Source: a virus
Taxonomy: Duplodnaviria > Caudoviricetes
Reading direction: 5' to 3' (one strand)
Length of the DNA: 64,000 nucleotides
Virus record (IMG/VR): IMGVR_UViG_3300025150_000011
Location: 2,314 to 66,313 of that record
Made by a program: the position numbers and the translations under genes. This document shows, in pieces, positions 9,293-19,075 of the stretch. Each line of letters opens with the position of its first letter. The stretch's first letter is position 1. A model generated the notes under the pieces. It was not told where the DNA came from, searched no databases, and saw only the letters and a list, made by a program, of their open reading frames with translations.

Positions 9293-10327
9293 ATGGCTCG
9301 GATATTCGACCCCAACCTTCCCAAGGCAGGACCAAACCTTGATTGGGCTGGCCGGTACTTCTTTGCCGAGAAGGAACTGGCGATTCTTGCCGGATTCACG
9401 GTGCGCGGTAGCGGGGATGGATCAGGTCGCTTCGCGTGGAACGGTGTCACAGCGGCTCTTCCGGTTTTGGAGCAAGGGAGCGGTGGCGCCTACGACTGTT
9501 GGCTCACCGGCGCGAGTCGTTCGAACTCGTCTCCCGCAGTAGCGGGCGACGCGGGCAACGCAAATGCTTGGTTGGTTCTCGAAGATCCAGCGGGGCGGCA
9601 GACGCTGCTCGCAATGACGAACCAGACCACGTCGAACTGGGATGGGTACGGCCGAATTGCGGCAGCGCGGGCGGGATCTGGTGGCTTTGACGGGACTGTC
9701 GCAGCCGCGGCGACGATTCCCGGTGCGCCCGCGGGTGGCGCGGGAGATGAGGTCTTTCTTTTCGGAACGCGGGCGGTCGCTAGCGGTGACCCGATCTTCC
9801 TCTACGCGACCTCGGGCTACGTGCATTGCTACGCGGACACGACACCCGGCGTAGACGGCGGCCTCTCGCTCGGCTTTTGGACTGTCACGAGCGCGCTCGC
9901 GCCCCAGCACGCGATGGCGCTCGCTCCCGTTGTGTCGGCTGCGTCGCCAGCAGACATCGACCCCTACGCTTACTTCGCTTTCGGGTCGTCTGGCGTGCTT
10001 GTGGCGACGTCTTGCGCGTGGTCTTGGGCGGGAGGCCCCACCTACACGCGACGCGCGCTCAACAGCCAGAGCATCAACGGTTTCTGGCCGGTTCTCGGGC
10101 AGTCAGACCCGATTACCGGCACGGACTCATTGTCGCTTCCGCTCGCGGTTACGACGACGGATGAGGTCTGGAAGGGGGATCTGCACCCGACCTGCTTCTA
10201 TCTACAGCCGGCGGCTCGTGGGTGGGGCAACTACGGCCCGGACGCGGCGGATCTGTCGATGTACTACGCGTCCGCCGGTACGTACGCCTGGCCGTGGCCC
10301 GACGCCGGAACCGTACCGCTCCCGTGA
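9293..10327 (+). CDS. Putative tail/virion protein
   Basis: G/A/T/W-rich 344-aa ORF in the structural block. Confidence 0.55.
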   Translation: MARIFDPNLPKAGPNLDWAGRYFFAEKELAILAGFTVRGSGDGSGRFAWNGVTAALPVLEQGSGGAYDCWLTGASRSNSSPAVAGDAGNANAWLVLEDPAGRQTLLAMTNQTTSNWDGYGRIAAARAGSGGFDGTVAAAATIPGAPAGGAGDEVFLFGTRAVASGDPIFLYATSGYVHCYADTTPGVDGGLSLGFWTVTSALAPQHAMALAPVVSAASPADIDPYAYFAFGSSGVLVATSCAWSWAGGPTYTRRALNSQSINGFWPVLGQSDPITGTDSLSLPLAVTTTDEVWKGDLHPTCFYLQPAARGWGNYGPDAADLSMYYASAGTYAWPWPDAGTVPLP

Positions 10328-10334
10328 GGCTGTT

Positions 10335-10568
10335 GTGCCGCTAATCGACTATCGGATCTCTCGGCCGCGTATCATCCGTCATGCCCGCATTACAGCGGGA
10401 CTCGCCCCTTTGCAGGTGACGAACCGCGTCTGGTTCATCTCCGGGAACTTCGAGGTTCGCTGGCAGACGGCGACACCCGACAGCGTTGGCGCATCGTACC
10501 CCGGACCGGGAACTTTTGGGATCGACACCACCGCATATACCGTGGACGACCCGTGTAACGTTTCATGA
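10335..10568 (+). CDS. Small hypothetical virion protein
   Basis: GTG start; fills the gap between structural genes. Confidence 0.4.
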   Translation: MPLIDYRISRPRIIRHARITAGLAPLQVTNRVWFISGNFEVRWQTATPDSVGASYPGPGTFGIDTTAYTVDDPCNVS

Positions 10569-10575
10569 GGTAGTC

Positions 10576-11520
10576 ATGGCCACCCGTACACCGCCATCGC
10601 AGCCGCGAAGTCAGTTCCATCGGGACTGGGGGAACTACGCAGACGGCGCAACGCTGCTTCCGAATCAATCTGGAAACCCTCTTGCGGCAGCAGACTTCGC
10701 GATCCTTGAGGTGGGTGATACGGCGTACGCCGCGGGCGTTCTCTACGTCTGCACAGCGGTAGGAACTGTTGGTGGAGGAGATGCGACGTGGACTCCGCTG
10801 GGCGCCGCGGGCGGCCCCACTATGCAGGTTCTTGAGGGGTTTTCCCTCACGGATGAGATCCAGAGCGCAGTCGGAGAGCTTCCTGGTGCCGCGACATTCT
10901 CCGCTGTTTGGTACGGCTTCTACGGCGGTCCGATCGAAGGTGCTGGCCAGTTTCTCATGGGTGCGGTCGATGGCATCGGCGGCGGCTGGTCACTGTCTGC
11001 CGGTGGTCAGTCTGGGACAGGTCAGGTGGGGTTCGAAGCTGCAGTGTATGACGCTGCGCCCACTTTGATCACGTCCGCCGCACAGGCAGAGCCGATTGTG
11101 CAGGGGATGCGACCGAAGCACATTGCCGTGACTTTCGATGGTACCAATCTGACCCCCTATGTTGATGGGGTTCGCGGACCATTTGTGAGCGTGGCAGGTG
11201 CGCCCGGTTTTACGGCGCAGCCCACGGCACGATTTCGCGTTGGTGTTGGCGGTATTTTTGGTGATGAACCGGCGACTCAGTGTGGATTCGTAGGCGCCGG
11301 ATACATCGGCAGTGTGCTGACACCAGCGGAGCTACAGGAACACCTGCAGGCGTGTCGTGACGCGAACAACGCGTTTGTTGCGGGCAGCATTGCTTGGTTG
11401 AATCGATACGACGTGCAGAATCCGGGTGGTGGGTTTCCTCTGACGATTGCCGATCTTGCTGGCGCCGCGGACCTCACCGTCGTTGGGAGCCTGACGCTGC
11501 GGACGAGGAATCTCCTGTGA
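10576..11520 (+). CDS. Virion protein: shared N-terminal module plus LamG/concanavalin-A-like domain
   Basis: HIAVTFDGTNLTPYVDG (LamG-like). N-terminus is paralogous to 13442..15097. Confidence 0.7.
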   Translation: MATRTPPSQPRSQFHRDWGNYADGATLLPNQSGNPLAAADFAILEVGDTAYAAGVLYVCTAVGTVGGGDATWTPLGAAGGPTMQVLEGFSLTDEIQSAVGELPGAATFSAVWYGFYGGPIEGAGQFLMGAVDGIGGGWSLSAGGQSGTGQVGFEAAVYDAAPTLITSAAQAEPIVQGMRPKHIAVTFDGTNLTPYVDGVRGPFVSVAGAPGFTAQPTARFRVGVGGIFGDEPATQCGFVGAGYIGSVLTPAELQEHLQACRDANNAFVAGSIAWLNRYDVQNPGGGFPLTIADLAGAADLTVVGSLTLRTRNLL

Positions 11521-11792
11521 AGAAGTCGGAACGTAGTAGGTTGGTCGAGGTCCGTTCGCGAAAGTTTTCGTTGGACGGAACGGTCGTTGACGTAGAGGAG
11601 CCTGTCACCGCGGAGTCGGCGACGCAGGAGCTTGGACCCGTTCACGAGGTGCCGCTGCCGAACGGCGCTCGCGTGTACTTCCAGCGCAATGCAGAGGTTG
11701 TGAACGACCCGGTGAGCTTCGCGGTGAAGGCGATGATTGGACATCCAATCCGTATCCTCGGCGACGCCATCCTGGTCCCCCCTCCGTTGTAG
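11517..11792 (+). CDS. Small hypothetical protein
   Basis: GTGA overlap; TAG stop. Confidence 0.5.
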   Translation: MKKSERSRLVEVRSRKFSLDGTVVDVEEPVTAESATQELGPVHEVPLPNGARVYFQRNAEVVNDPVSFAVKAMIGHPIRILGDAILVPPPL

Positions 11793-11822
11793 GGCGCGCG
11801 AAACGAGTGGTAGGGTAAGCGG

Positions 11823-13427
11823 ATGCCGTTTCTTCCCAATCAGCGCCCGTCAGCCCCGTGGTCAAACGGGAACTGGTGGGGACAGTTTGACGTCGCCGCC
11901 CAACTACCGAACGTCGCCGGAGCGCCATTCCAGGTCAACGACCTGCAGGCGGGCGACATCGCGTGGGTGCAGGCCACGAATCAGCTGTTCTACTGCACAG
12001 ATCCAACGTGGGAGGCGGCGACCTGGTCCGCACTTGCGGGCGGTGGCGTTACGACGATTCGGGATGCCCATCAGATCGTGGTGGGGCAGACGGGCGGGAC
12101 CTACACGGACGTCGCGGGAGTCAGCGCCGACTACGTGGACACCGGAGATGGTGTTCAGCTACAGGCGGCGCTGACTGCCGCGGCGGCTCTGATCGTGGGA
12201 AGCAGAACGGGTGTCGACGTCCGGCTACGCCCATGCAGCATCGTTGTCGCCGCGCAGCCCCTGACGATGGCGGGGAACATCCGGCTGGTGGGCGCAGATC
12301 GGGATGCGTCCGGGCTCTCGGCCGCCGGCACCGTCCTGCGCCTGACCGACGGGGTCAACAACGACATCCAAGAAATCGCGTTCACGACGACGGCCGACGA
12401 TGCAGATCCCACAAACGGCGGGACGGTCGTCATCACGGGTCCCGCGAGCGGCGTTGGCATCCGCCGATGTAGGTTCACCGGCTCCAACGCAGAGGCTGTG
12501 AACACGCAGGCTTGCATCTACGCGGGCGCTGCTGACGCCGTGTCTGACATCACGATCGAAGAGAACGACTTCAATCTGAGCGGCGTCACAAGCGGAGGCG
12601 ACCGTGTCGGCGTCGCGCTGAAGATGCTCAACGTGCAGCTCACGAACACGGGGAAAGTTCGATTCGAGCGCAACAACCTTTCGTTCGGCAACATGGTCGC
12701 GCTGGCGATCACAGCGTCGAGTGACAGCGCTGTCGGGGTACAGGTCTGCGACAACCTGCATTCGTCCGCAGGAACTCCACAGGCAGGAGGCGGGGCATCA
12801 TCCGACGCCGCAATCTGGATGAGCTTCCTGGCGGACAACAAGGGGGTGTTTCCAGGACCGCAGGTTCGAGGAAACTCGATCTCGATGATCAGCACAGGTT
12901 TTCAAAGCGGACCACCGCAAGCGATCATCCGTCTGGTCGGTGAAGTGCTGAACGCGAGGTCGGTCGTTGGGACGAGGGTTTACGCAAACGCGCTCCGCGT
13001 CCCAAGCGTCGCATTTCTCCCCGTCGCAAACGGCATTCATTTCGTGAACAACGGCGTTGATGGACAGTTCTCCGCAACACACGTCGGCGGAAACACGATT
13101 GACGGGGTCACGACCGGTGTCCGAGCGGATTGCAGCGTCGCATTCACTGGAGCTGAAGCGTACAACGCGCTTGCCGTATCTGGAGGCAACACGTTCCTGA
13201 ACGTGAACACCTGCCTTCTTCTGTCGAAGTCAGCTGGTGCCGGCTTGGGCACACACAACCGAGGCACATTCGTCGGCAACTCCGGTATCGGCAACGCCGC
13301 TGCGCAGATGGTGCAGTCGCTGGATGCAGAGATCATTGGATTCACTGTCATCGCCAACACCGCGCAGGGTTTTACGGCATTTGTCGCAGACCCGTCGGGC
13401 ACCTTCGAAGTATCACACAACGTCTGA
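11823..13427 (+). CDS. Tailspike / right-handed beta-helix (pectin-lyase-like) receptor-binding protein
   Basis: Repeated hydrophobic-x-x-N-x-hydrophobic beta-helix rungs; N-terminal module shared with its neighbours. Confidence 0.7.
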   Translation: MPFLPNQRPSAPWSNGNWWGQFDVAAQLPNVAGAPFQVNDLQAGDIAWVQATNQLFYCTDPTWEAATWSALAGGGVTTIRDAHQIVVGQTGGTYTDVAGVSADYVDTGDGVQLQAALTAAAALIVGSRTGVDVRLRPCSIVVAAQPLTMAGNIRLVGADRDASGLSAAGTVLRLTDGVNNDIQEIAFTTTADDADPTNGGTVVITGPASGVGIRRCRFTGSNAEAVNTQACIYAGAADAVSDITIEENDFNLSGVTSGGDRVGVALKMLNVQLTNTGKVRFERNNLSFGNMVALAITASSDSAVGVQVCDNLHSSAGTPQAGGGASSDAAIWMSFLADNKGVFPGPQVRGNSISMISTGFQSGPPQAIIRLVGEVLNARSVVGTRVYANALRVPSVAFLPVANGIHFVNNGVDGQFSATHVGGNTIDGVTTGVRADCSVAFTGAEAYNALAVSGGNTFLNVNTCLLLSKSAGAGLGTHNRGTFVGNSGIGNAAAQMVQSLDAEIIGFTVIANTAQGFTAFVADPSGTFEVSHNV

Positions 13428-13441
13428 TTTGAGAGGTTTAC

Positions 13442-15097
13442 ATGTCGACTCGTACACCCGGTGTTCAAGACAGGTCCCAGTACCATTCGTACTGGGGTGT
13501 CTACGCGAATGGAACAACCGCGCTGCCGAACCAGTCAGCGAACCCGCTGTCGTCGCCGGGTGAGTTCGACAAGTTGGAAGCGGGAGACATCGCGTACAGC
13601 TCGGGCACGCCGGGGCTGTTCGTGTGCGTCAGTCCAGGAGGCGCCTCGGCAACGCCGGCAGCGACATGGTCAGCGCTCGGAAGCGGCGGCGCTGCCACGA
13701 TTCGGGATGCTCACCAGGTCGTCGTGGGCCAGACGGGCGGCGTCTACACGGACGTCGTGGGCGTGGATGCCGACTACGTGGACACCGGAGACGGTGCGCA
13801 GCTTCAGCTGGCGCTCACGGCGGCGGGCGCGCTCATCGGGATCACTCGACTGGCCGTCGACGTGCGTCTTCGTCCCTGTCGAATGACGCTGGTGGCCACG
13901 TTCCTGACGTTGACTCAGGGCGTGAATCTGATCGGAGTGGACGGCGGCAGCATCATCCGGGGCAGCGGGACTCTGATCCGGATCACCGGTGGTGGTGCCA
14001 ACGTCATCGAGCAGCTCACGCTCGAAGTGACGGCGGACGGGGAGTCGGCGTCGCTGGAAAATGGGGCAATCGATGCGCAGACGGCGCTTGCGGGGCTGGA
14101 GGTGCGACGCTGTCACGTCAATCTGAGCTTCACCGTGGTGTCTCCGACGACGATGGTGACTCGCTCCGCGATCTACCTGTCGCAGCTGACGGGCATGATG
14201 ATCGTGGAGGACAACCTGTTCGAGATGGCCAACTTCCTCGACGTGGCAGGTGCATTGAATCCGCAGGGATGGGGACTCACCGTCGCGCAGGACACCGGTG
14301 TGGCGAACGGCATCCGATCGTTCCGGAACAACCGGCTGTTCGGCGGCGGCATGTGCTACGTCACGTGCGGCGGATCGAGTGATTCGATGGTTGGATGGGA
14401 GATCGCGAACAACCAGCACGCGAATGCCGGTGCGAATCCGGTGGGGTCTGCCGCGTACATCATCACGATGGAGTACGACGCGGCGGCTCCGGGTGTGGGC
14501 GAGGGCCCGTTCCAGGGTCCGAAGATCGTTGGGAATCAGATCACGACTCGCGCTGGCGCGGCGTATTCCGAGGGGGAACCGAGCGGCTACATCCGCGTCG
14601 GGGATGTCGCGGCAGACGCCAACGCACGCAACATCGTGGACACGGTGATCGCCAACAACATCCTGAGGAACCCGCTTCCGCTCGACAAGATCCTCAACAA
14701 CGCCATCGACCTCACGGTCAACAGTCTGGGAACGGGACAGATTCAGGGCGTGGTGATCGAGGGGAACCAGATCCAGGGCTCTGACGGCGGCATCCGCATG
14801 GGCGCAGGACCGTCGTTCAATGCAGCCGTGTCCGTGCAGACCGTGGCCATCACGGGGAACGTGATCGACATCGGAGACAACTCAGGATCTCCGGTTCGAG
14901 CGATCGTCGGAGGCATCGGCAACGTGCTCGACGTGGTCGTGTCGGGCAACTCCATGCGTGCTCAGACTCAGGTGCAGAGCACGGACGCAGGAAACACGAA
15001 CTGGATCGTCATCGCGAACCGCATGGCCGGCGGTGCGCCGGGCATGGTGACGGATGCCAGCGGAACCTGGGACGTCGCACACAACATCGTGACCTGA
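13442..15097 (+). CDS. Second tailspike / beta-helix protein, paralog of 11823..13427
   Basis: TIRDAHQ.VVGQTGG.YTDV.GV.ADYVDTGDG.QLQ.AL block is shared; GNQI/GNVI/GNSM rungs; similar C-terminus. Confidence 0.7.
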   Translation: MSTRTPGVQDRSQYHSYWGVYANGTTALPNQSANPLSSPGEFDKLEAGDIAYSSGTPGLFVCVSPGGASATPAATWSALGSGGAATIRDAHQVVVGQTGGVYTDVVGVDADYVDTGDGAQLQLALTAAGALIGITRLAVDVRLRPCRMTLVATFLTLTQGVNLIGVDGGSIIRGSGTLIRITGGGANVIEQLTLEVTADGESASLENGAIDAQTALAGLEVRRCHVNLSFTVVSPTTMVTRSAIYLSQLTGMMIVEDNLFEMANFLDVAGALNPQGWGLTVAQDTGVANGIRSFRNNRLFGGGMCYVTCGGSSDSMVGWEIANNQHANAGANPVGSAAYIITMEYDAAAPGVGEGPFQGPKIVGNQITTRAGAAYSEGEPSGYIRVGDVAADANARNIVDTVIANNILRNPLPLDKILNNAIDLTVNSLGTGQIQGVVIEGNQIQGSDGGIRMGAGPSFNAAVSVQTVAITGNVIDIGDNSGSPVRAIVGGIGNVLDVVVSGNSMRAQTQVQSTDAGNTNWIVIANRMAGGAPGMVTDASGTWDVAHNIVT

Positions 15098-15122
15098 CGC
15101 ATTCGCTGATGCGCAAACGAAG

Positions 15123-15150
15123 AGGGCCGCTTGCGCGGCCCTTTTTGTTT
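15123..15150 (+). terminator. Rho-independent terminator ending the structural operon
   Basis: AGGGCCGC-ttgc-GCGGCCCT followed by TTTTGTTT. Confidence 0.85.
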
Positions 15151-15851
15151 CAGGTTCCGTCGCGTTGTTCTTGGCGATAGAACACTTGAGCGGTGTCTGA
15201 GAAGGAGCAGGCCGGATCGGGCTCGTGTCGTCTCGGGGTGGAGTCCATCGGTCCGCCGTAGTGCAGCGCGTCGGGACACGGGTCTTCAACCTGACCTGCG
15301 ACCACGCGTTCGACCACGCCGTGGATCTCACGGAGCCGCGCTTGGTAGCGCGGCCATGCCCGTCGCAGGTGCACGGGCCAGCTGTCAGGTGCGGAGCCGG
15401 TCAGGGTCAGCTCCTGTACCCACCGGCGTCGGGTCGAGGCATCGTAGGAAGACCGGGGGCGAACGGGGTGCGACGCGGGTGCGGCTTGTGCCGCCGGGAG
15501 TACGTTTCCGAGGATGACGGTTTCGGGGCGCGACGTGCTGGTCGGTCGAGGACGGCTTCTGGGTCTGCGGACGGCGACGGAGTAGGCGCGGATCATCGTG
15601 GTGAGGCTCACGCCAACACGCTTCGCACGTTTTGCGTGAATCCACGCCATCGCTGCGCACGCTTCGTCGGGTGCGCGCCAACCGACTTCGCCCACACACG
15701 AACGGGTTTGCCAGAGCACCGCGTCCTCGCCGCGGGGGAGATCGAGGATGGTTCGCTGTTGGGCGTCCAGAGGGATTGCGAAGGTTCCGATCAGAACCAT
15801 CGCGAATACGCAGAGGATTTTCGACATGGGGCGGACTATATCGTTCGACAT
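15150..15851 (-). CDS. Signal-peptide protein, SleB/Hydrolase_2-like cell-wall hydrolase fold
   Basis: N-terminal hydrophobic signal. LWQTRSCVGEVG...AMAWI..KR and EDPCPDALHYGG resemble SleB motifs. Confidence 0.5.
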   Translation of the reverse strand: MSNDIVRPMSKILCVFAMVLIGTFAIPLDAQQRTILDLPRGEDAVLWQTRSCVGEVGWRAPDEACAAMAWIHAKRAKRVGVSLTTMIRAYSVAVRRPRSRPRPTSTSRPETVILGNVLPAAQAAPASHPVRPRSSYDASTRRRWVQELTLTGSAPDSWPVHLRRAWPRYQARLREIHGVVERVVAGQVEDPCPDALHYGGPMDSTPRRHEPDPACSFSDTAQVFYRQEQRDGT

Positions 15852-15907
15852 ACCCTCGTCAAGTCAGCGGTCTTGGCGAGGCGTCTGGGGGCGCGTACGA
15901 TCGATGG

Positions 15908-16705
15908 ATGCCGGCGCACCCTCCTCTTCCCGCTGATTCCGCTCGACTTCTCTCCGACATGGGGATGCGACGAGGACGTCGTACAGGTGAGCCCACCTTC
16001 CACGCCGGGATGGATCTGGGTCACCCAGGTGGCCTCGGCACCCCCGTCTACGCCGTCCAGGGAGGCACCGTCGAGCGTGTCCTCAGCGACTCGTCGAGCG
16101 CGAGAGGGTTCGGGGGATACGGCAACGGCGTCATCATCAACCACGGCGATGGCACCTGGGCGCTTTACGCGCACTTGCAGAACGCGCAGGCGACGGTGGG
16201 ACAGCAGATTGCGCCGGGGCAGCAGATCGGCACGATGGGAGCGACATCGAACGGCAAGTTCCGCGGGATGGGTGTGCACCTTCATCTGGAACTGCGTCGC
16301 GCTCGACCGGACGGTCGCAGCCCGTTCCCTGGACCCTATCGAACCTTCAACCTCGACCCGCGCCCGTGGCTCGCGCAGAAGGGTCTGCAGTTCGGCTCAC
16401 GCGGCAGCTTCGAGATCGTTCCAGGCACCGAGATGGACCAGGGGACCAACGCGGGCACTGCGGTTGCCGCGATGCCAGCCGGCGGGAAGGTCCCGGTGGC
16501 GGGCCTCGCCGGCTGTGGCTGCGGGAGTTACGTGACGGTGCCGGCGCTCGGTCAGGTCGACGAGAACGCCGCGTACGAGCCACCCGCTCGGTTCGATCGC
16601 GACGTCTACCTCGGGCTGTCTCCAATCGAGTGGGCGGTTGGGGGCGCGGGGCTGCTGGTGGTCACCGGAATCGGCGTCGCGACGGTCGTCCGCAGGCGGC
16701 GGTGA
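15908..16705 (+). CDS. M23 family peptidoglycan endopeptidase with C-terminal TM anchor
   Basis: HAGMD (HxxxD), YAHL and HLHLE motifs; C-terminal TM plus RRRR. Confidence 0.9.
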   Translation: MPAHPPLPADSARLLSDMGMRRGRRTGEPTFHAGMDLGHPGGLGTPVYAVQGGTVERVLSDSSSARGFGGYGNGVIINHGDGTWALYAHLQNAQATVGQQIAPGQQIGTMGATSNGKFRGMGVHLHLELRRARPDGRSPFPGPYRTFNLDPRPWLAQKGLQFGSRGSFEIVPGTEMDQGTNAGTAVAAMPAGGKVPVAGLAGCGCGSYVTVPALGQVDENAAYEPPARFDRDVYLGLSPIEWAVGGAGLLVVTGIGVATVVRRRR

Positions 16706-16714
16706 CCTGGAGAT

Positions 16715-16723
16715 TGTCTGACA
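16715..16723. promoter_or_regulatory. TGTCNGACA operator
   Basis: TGTCTGACA upstream of a TACGCT -10 (16731) and the ATG at 16743. Confidence 0.7.
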
Positions 16724-16742
16724 CCTGCGGTACGCTGCCTCG

Positions 16743-17165
16743 ATGCACGACAAGAACAGCCACTGGTCCGATGCGGCGAGCAATCAGGCGCGAGACGCGA
16801 CCGAGGAGGACATCAACCTCAACCTCAACCTCGGCGTGGTCGACAGCGACGTCCACACGAAGGTGACGAAGAGCGGTCCGATCGTGCTCACGGACTGCAC
16901 GAAGTGCGGACGCCAGGTGAAGGGTCTCTTCGTGTGGCCCGAGGTGATCCTCTACTACCTCAGCCGCTTCGACGATCCGCTCGTGAAAGATCGGGCTCGT
17001 CCCAGCAAGCAGGGGGTGCTCGCGCGTGTCGGCTGCAACGGCGGCGGAGGTGGCAGTCACGACTTCATGGTCGTCATCGAGTGGGACACCGTGCGCCAGT
17101 GGATCGACGCAGGGATCAGGTCGGGCTGCGTGAAGCCGGAGATTCTTCGGGCTCCTCGGAGGTGA
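16743..17165 (+). CDS. Hypothetical protein with CxxC motif
   Basis: CTKC motif; clean ORF after a promoter-like site. Confidence 0.6.
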   Translation: MHDKNSHWSDAASNQARDATEEDINLNLNLGVVDSDVHTKVTKSGPIVLTDCTKCGRQVKGLFVWPEVILYYLSRFDDPLVKDRARPSKQGVLARVGCNGGGGGSHDFMVVIEWDTVRQWIDAGIRSGCVKPEILRAPRR

Positions 17166-17496
17166 GCGGCCACGCGCCACCCTTCTCTTTGAGCTGCTCG
17201 ACAGCAACCTCGAACCAAGCCAACGCGGTCCCCTTGCAACGGACGATCGGCGCAATCTCCGCGACGCTTCGACCGCACCCCTGAGCCGCCACGAGCAGCT
17301 GGTCGAGACGAACGAGCATCGCGAGAAAGGTCGCCACATCCCCCTCCCGCATGGCCTTCGTGAGGCTGTGCGAGTCGTGGTCGTAGAAGCGAATCGCGAT
17401 GTCCTGGGCGAAGCTCGGGAGGCCGCTCAACATCCGTGGACTGACGACGAACGACTGGATGCGCTTCCACTGACGCTCGACCGTCTCTCGCCTCAC
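17116..17496 (-). CDS. Hypothetical protein
   Basis: GTGA overlap with the phosphatase stop. Confidence 0.45.
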   Translation of the reverse strand: MRRETVERQWKRIQSFVVSPRMLSGLPSFAQDIAIRFYDHDSHSLTKAMREGDVATFLAMLVRLDQLLVAAQGCGRSVAEIAPIVRCKGTALAWFEVAVEQLKEKGGAWPLTSEEPEESPASRSPT

Positions 17497-17933
17497 CGGA
17501 GCCTCGTGGTGAGCAGGTACTGCTCGAACATCGGATTGCAGAGCGCATCCTTCCGCCGGCTCTGGATCAGACGAACCGCTTCCTTGCCGGGCATTCGGTA
17601 GGCGTACATGAGGATGAGCCCGCTCATGATGCCCGAGCGGTTGAGCCCCTGCGCGCACGTGACGAGCGTCGGGTGCCCCTGCAGATGGTGGGACGCGATC
17701 GACTTCGCGTTCGCATGCAGCACCTCGCCGACCTCCCGAGGCACGGGACGGTAGATGTCGTCGTCCAGCGGGATCTTGTACATCATCTTGCCTCTCGGCG
17801 GCGCCGTTCGAGGCTGAAGCTCTTCGGCGCAGAAGACGATGATGTTGAACTGAGAGAAGCCGAGGGCGACCGGCTTCGGGTACGATCCCTGGGCGAGATT
17901 GGGGACGATCCAGTTGAAGTCGAGCTGGCTCAC
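17493..17933 (-). CDS. Dual-specificity/tyrosine protein phosphatase
   Basis: CX5R loop TCAQGLNRSG; IPLDD acid loop; NPMF.QYL C-terminus. Confidence 0.85.
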   Translation of the reverse strand: MSQLDFNWIVPNLAQGSYPKPVALGFSQFNIIVFCAEELQPRTAPPRGKMMYKIPLDDDIYRPVPREVGEVLHANAKSIASHHLQGHPTLVTCAQGLNRSGIMSGLILMYAYRMPGKEAVRLIQSRRKDALCNPMFEQYLLTTRLR

Positions 17934-17961
17934 TTGCGTTCCTTCGACGGACCTCGTAGTG

Positions 17962-17970
17962 TGTCCGACA
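17962..17970. promoter_or_regulatory. TGTCNGACA operator in a divergent intergenic region
   Basis: TGTCCGACA between genes starting at 17933 (-) and 18001 (+). Confidence 0.7.
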
Positions 17971-18000
17971 ACTGGTCGAGCATACACGAGAGAGCTGCTG

Positions 18001-18213
18001 ATGTCGCCTCACTGTCTGAGGGAACGTCGTCGCCGCAAGCGACGCCGCGCCCACCTGAAGCACCTGCGTGACTCACGCGAGGCTCTTGCCCGCATGGGAT
18101 GGCACGAGCGATCACGAATCACCCCAAGGTACGGTTGCGTCGAGCTGCCGCTCTACGGTTGCGTCGATGCCCGTGAGGTTGATGTCCGTGAGCTTTGCGG
18201 AGAGGCCGTATGA
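18001..18213 (+). CDS. Small basic hypothetical protein
   Basis: Coupled to the next ORF. Confidence 0.35.
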   Translation: MSPHCLRERRRRKRRRAHLKHLRDSREALARMGWHERSRITPRYGCVELPLYGCVDAREVDVRELCGEAV

Positions 18214-18404
18214 TGTGGAGGATAGGCACCGAGCTGCGCCGCGTGAGCGACGGAGAGCCCGGTTGGGTCGACAAGCAGACGGCGACTCACGTGCGTATCC
18301 GCGCCCGGTCGTTCGGCGAGGGCGGATGGAGTGCGTCGGCGAGCATGACCAGATGGTTTTCACACGCTGACGCTGCGCGAGAGTGGCACTGCATGTGCTA
18401 CTAG
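18210..18404 (+). CDS. Small hypothetical protein
   Basis: ATGA overlap. Confidence 0.4.
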   Translation: MMWRIGTELRRVSDGEPGWVDKQTATHVRIRARSFGEGGWSASASMTRWFSHADAAREWHCMCY

Positions 18405-18421
18405 ACCGTCGACAGACACCG

Positions 18422-18874
18422 ATGACCGCACCTTATCGAGTCAGAAAGAACAAGAAGAGAAGGAATGAGCGGAGAGTCAAACTGCGCTCGTTGCGGAACC
18501 TTCGCGAAGCGATCGAGCTTCTTGGCGTAAAACGTGGACTCACGAAGTCGCAGTTACGAGCCGCACGCGAGCTATTCAAGCGGGGGTGCACGTTCACGGA
18601 GTACCCGAGCCCGCAGTGTTACGTGGCTCATTCATCGCTCCTGGAGACCGTCCCACAGTTTGCTCGTGAGCGTTTTGGGGATCCACACGGTTACCAACCC
18701 TACGTACTTGTGATTCCGCCGGAGATGTGGGTGGAAGCTGCGGGATGGGTCAGGAAGGCAAAGAAACCTCGTGGGAACAAGTTCGACAACGCGGTGCGAG
18801 ACAAACTCAAACCCTCGTTCTTGCGAATCCGTGAAACCGTATCGAATCTGGGTTGTGTGGAACGAGAGTGCTGA
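18422..18874 (+). CDS. Basic hypothetical protein
   Basis: ORF in an operon-like run. Confidence 0.5.
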   Translation: MTAPYRVRKNKKRRNERRVKLRSLRNLREAIELLGVKRGLTKSQLRAARELFKRGCTFTEYPSPQCYVAHSSLLETVPQFARERFGDPHGYQPYVLVIPPEMWVEAAGWVRKAKKPRGNKFDNAVRDKLKPSFLRIRETVSNLGCVEREC

Positions 18875-19075
18875 GCACCACAGTGCGTGCGCCGATGTCA
18901 TGACTTCCGCGTCGCCACCCCCACCGTTATCCGTGTCTACGGACAAGGGAATGGAAGATGCGCATCGGGTTTCGCTCTTGGATGCCGATGCATGGCTCCG
19001 GTCGAGACAGGAGACGCGTGACTGGCTTCTGCGCACGCTGAAGCCTGGGTGTCGTATTTACGTGGAGGACAGACG

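Noticed and set aside
12541-12549. TGTCTGACA inside the tailspike CDS as a functional operator
   Set aside because: It is mid-gene with no promoter context, consistent with the roughly one chance hit expected.
10576-15097. Diversity-generating retroelement acting on the tailspikes
   Set aside because: No reverse transcriptase in the window and no TR/VR pair differing only at adenines; the similarity is N-terminal and protein-level.
16813-16832. (AACCTC)x3 microrepeat as a phase-variation tract
   Set aside because: The hexamer unit keeps the frame (NLNLNL) and is too short to be informative.
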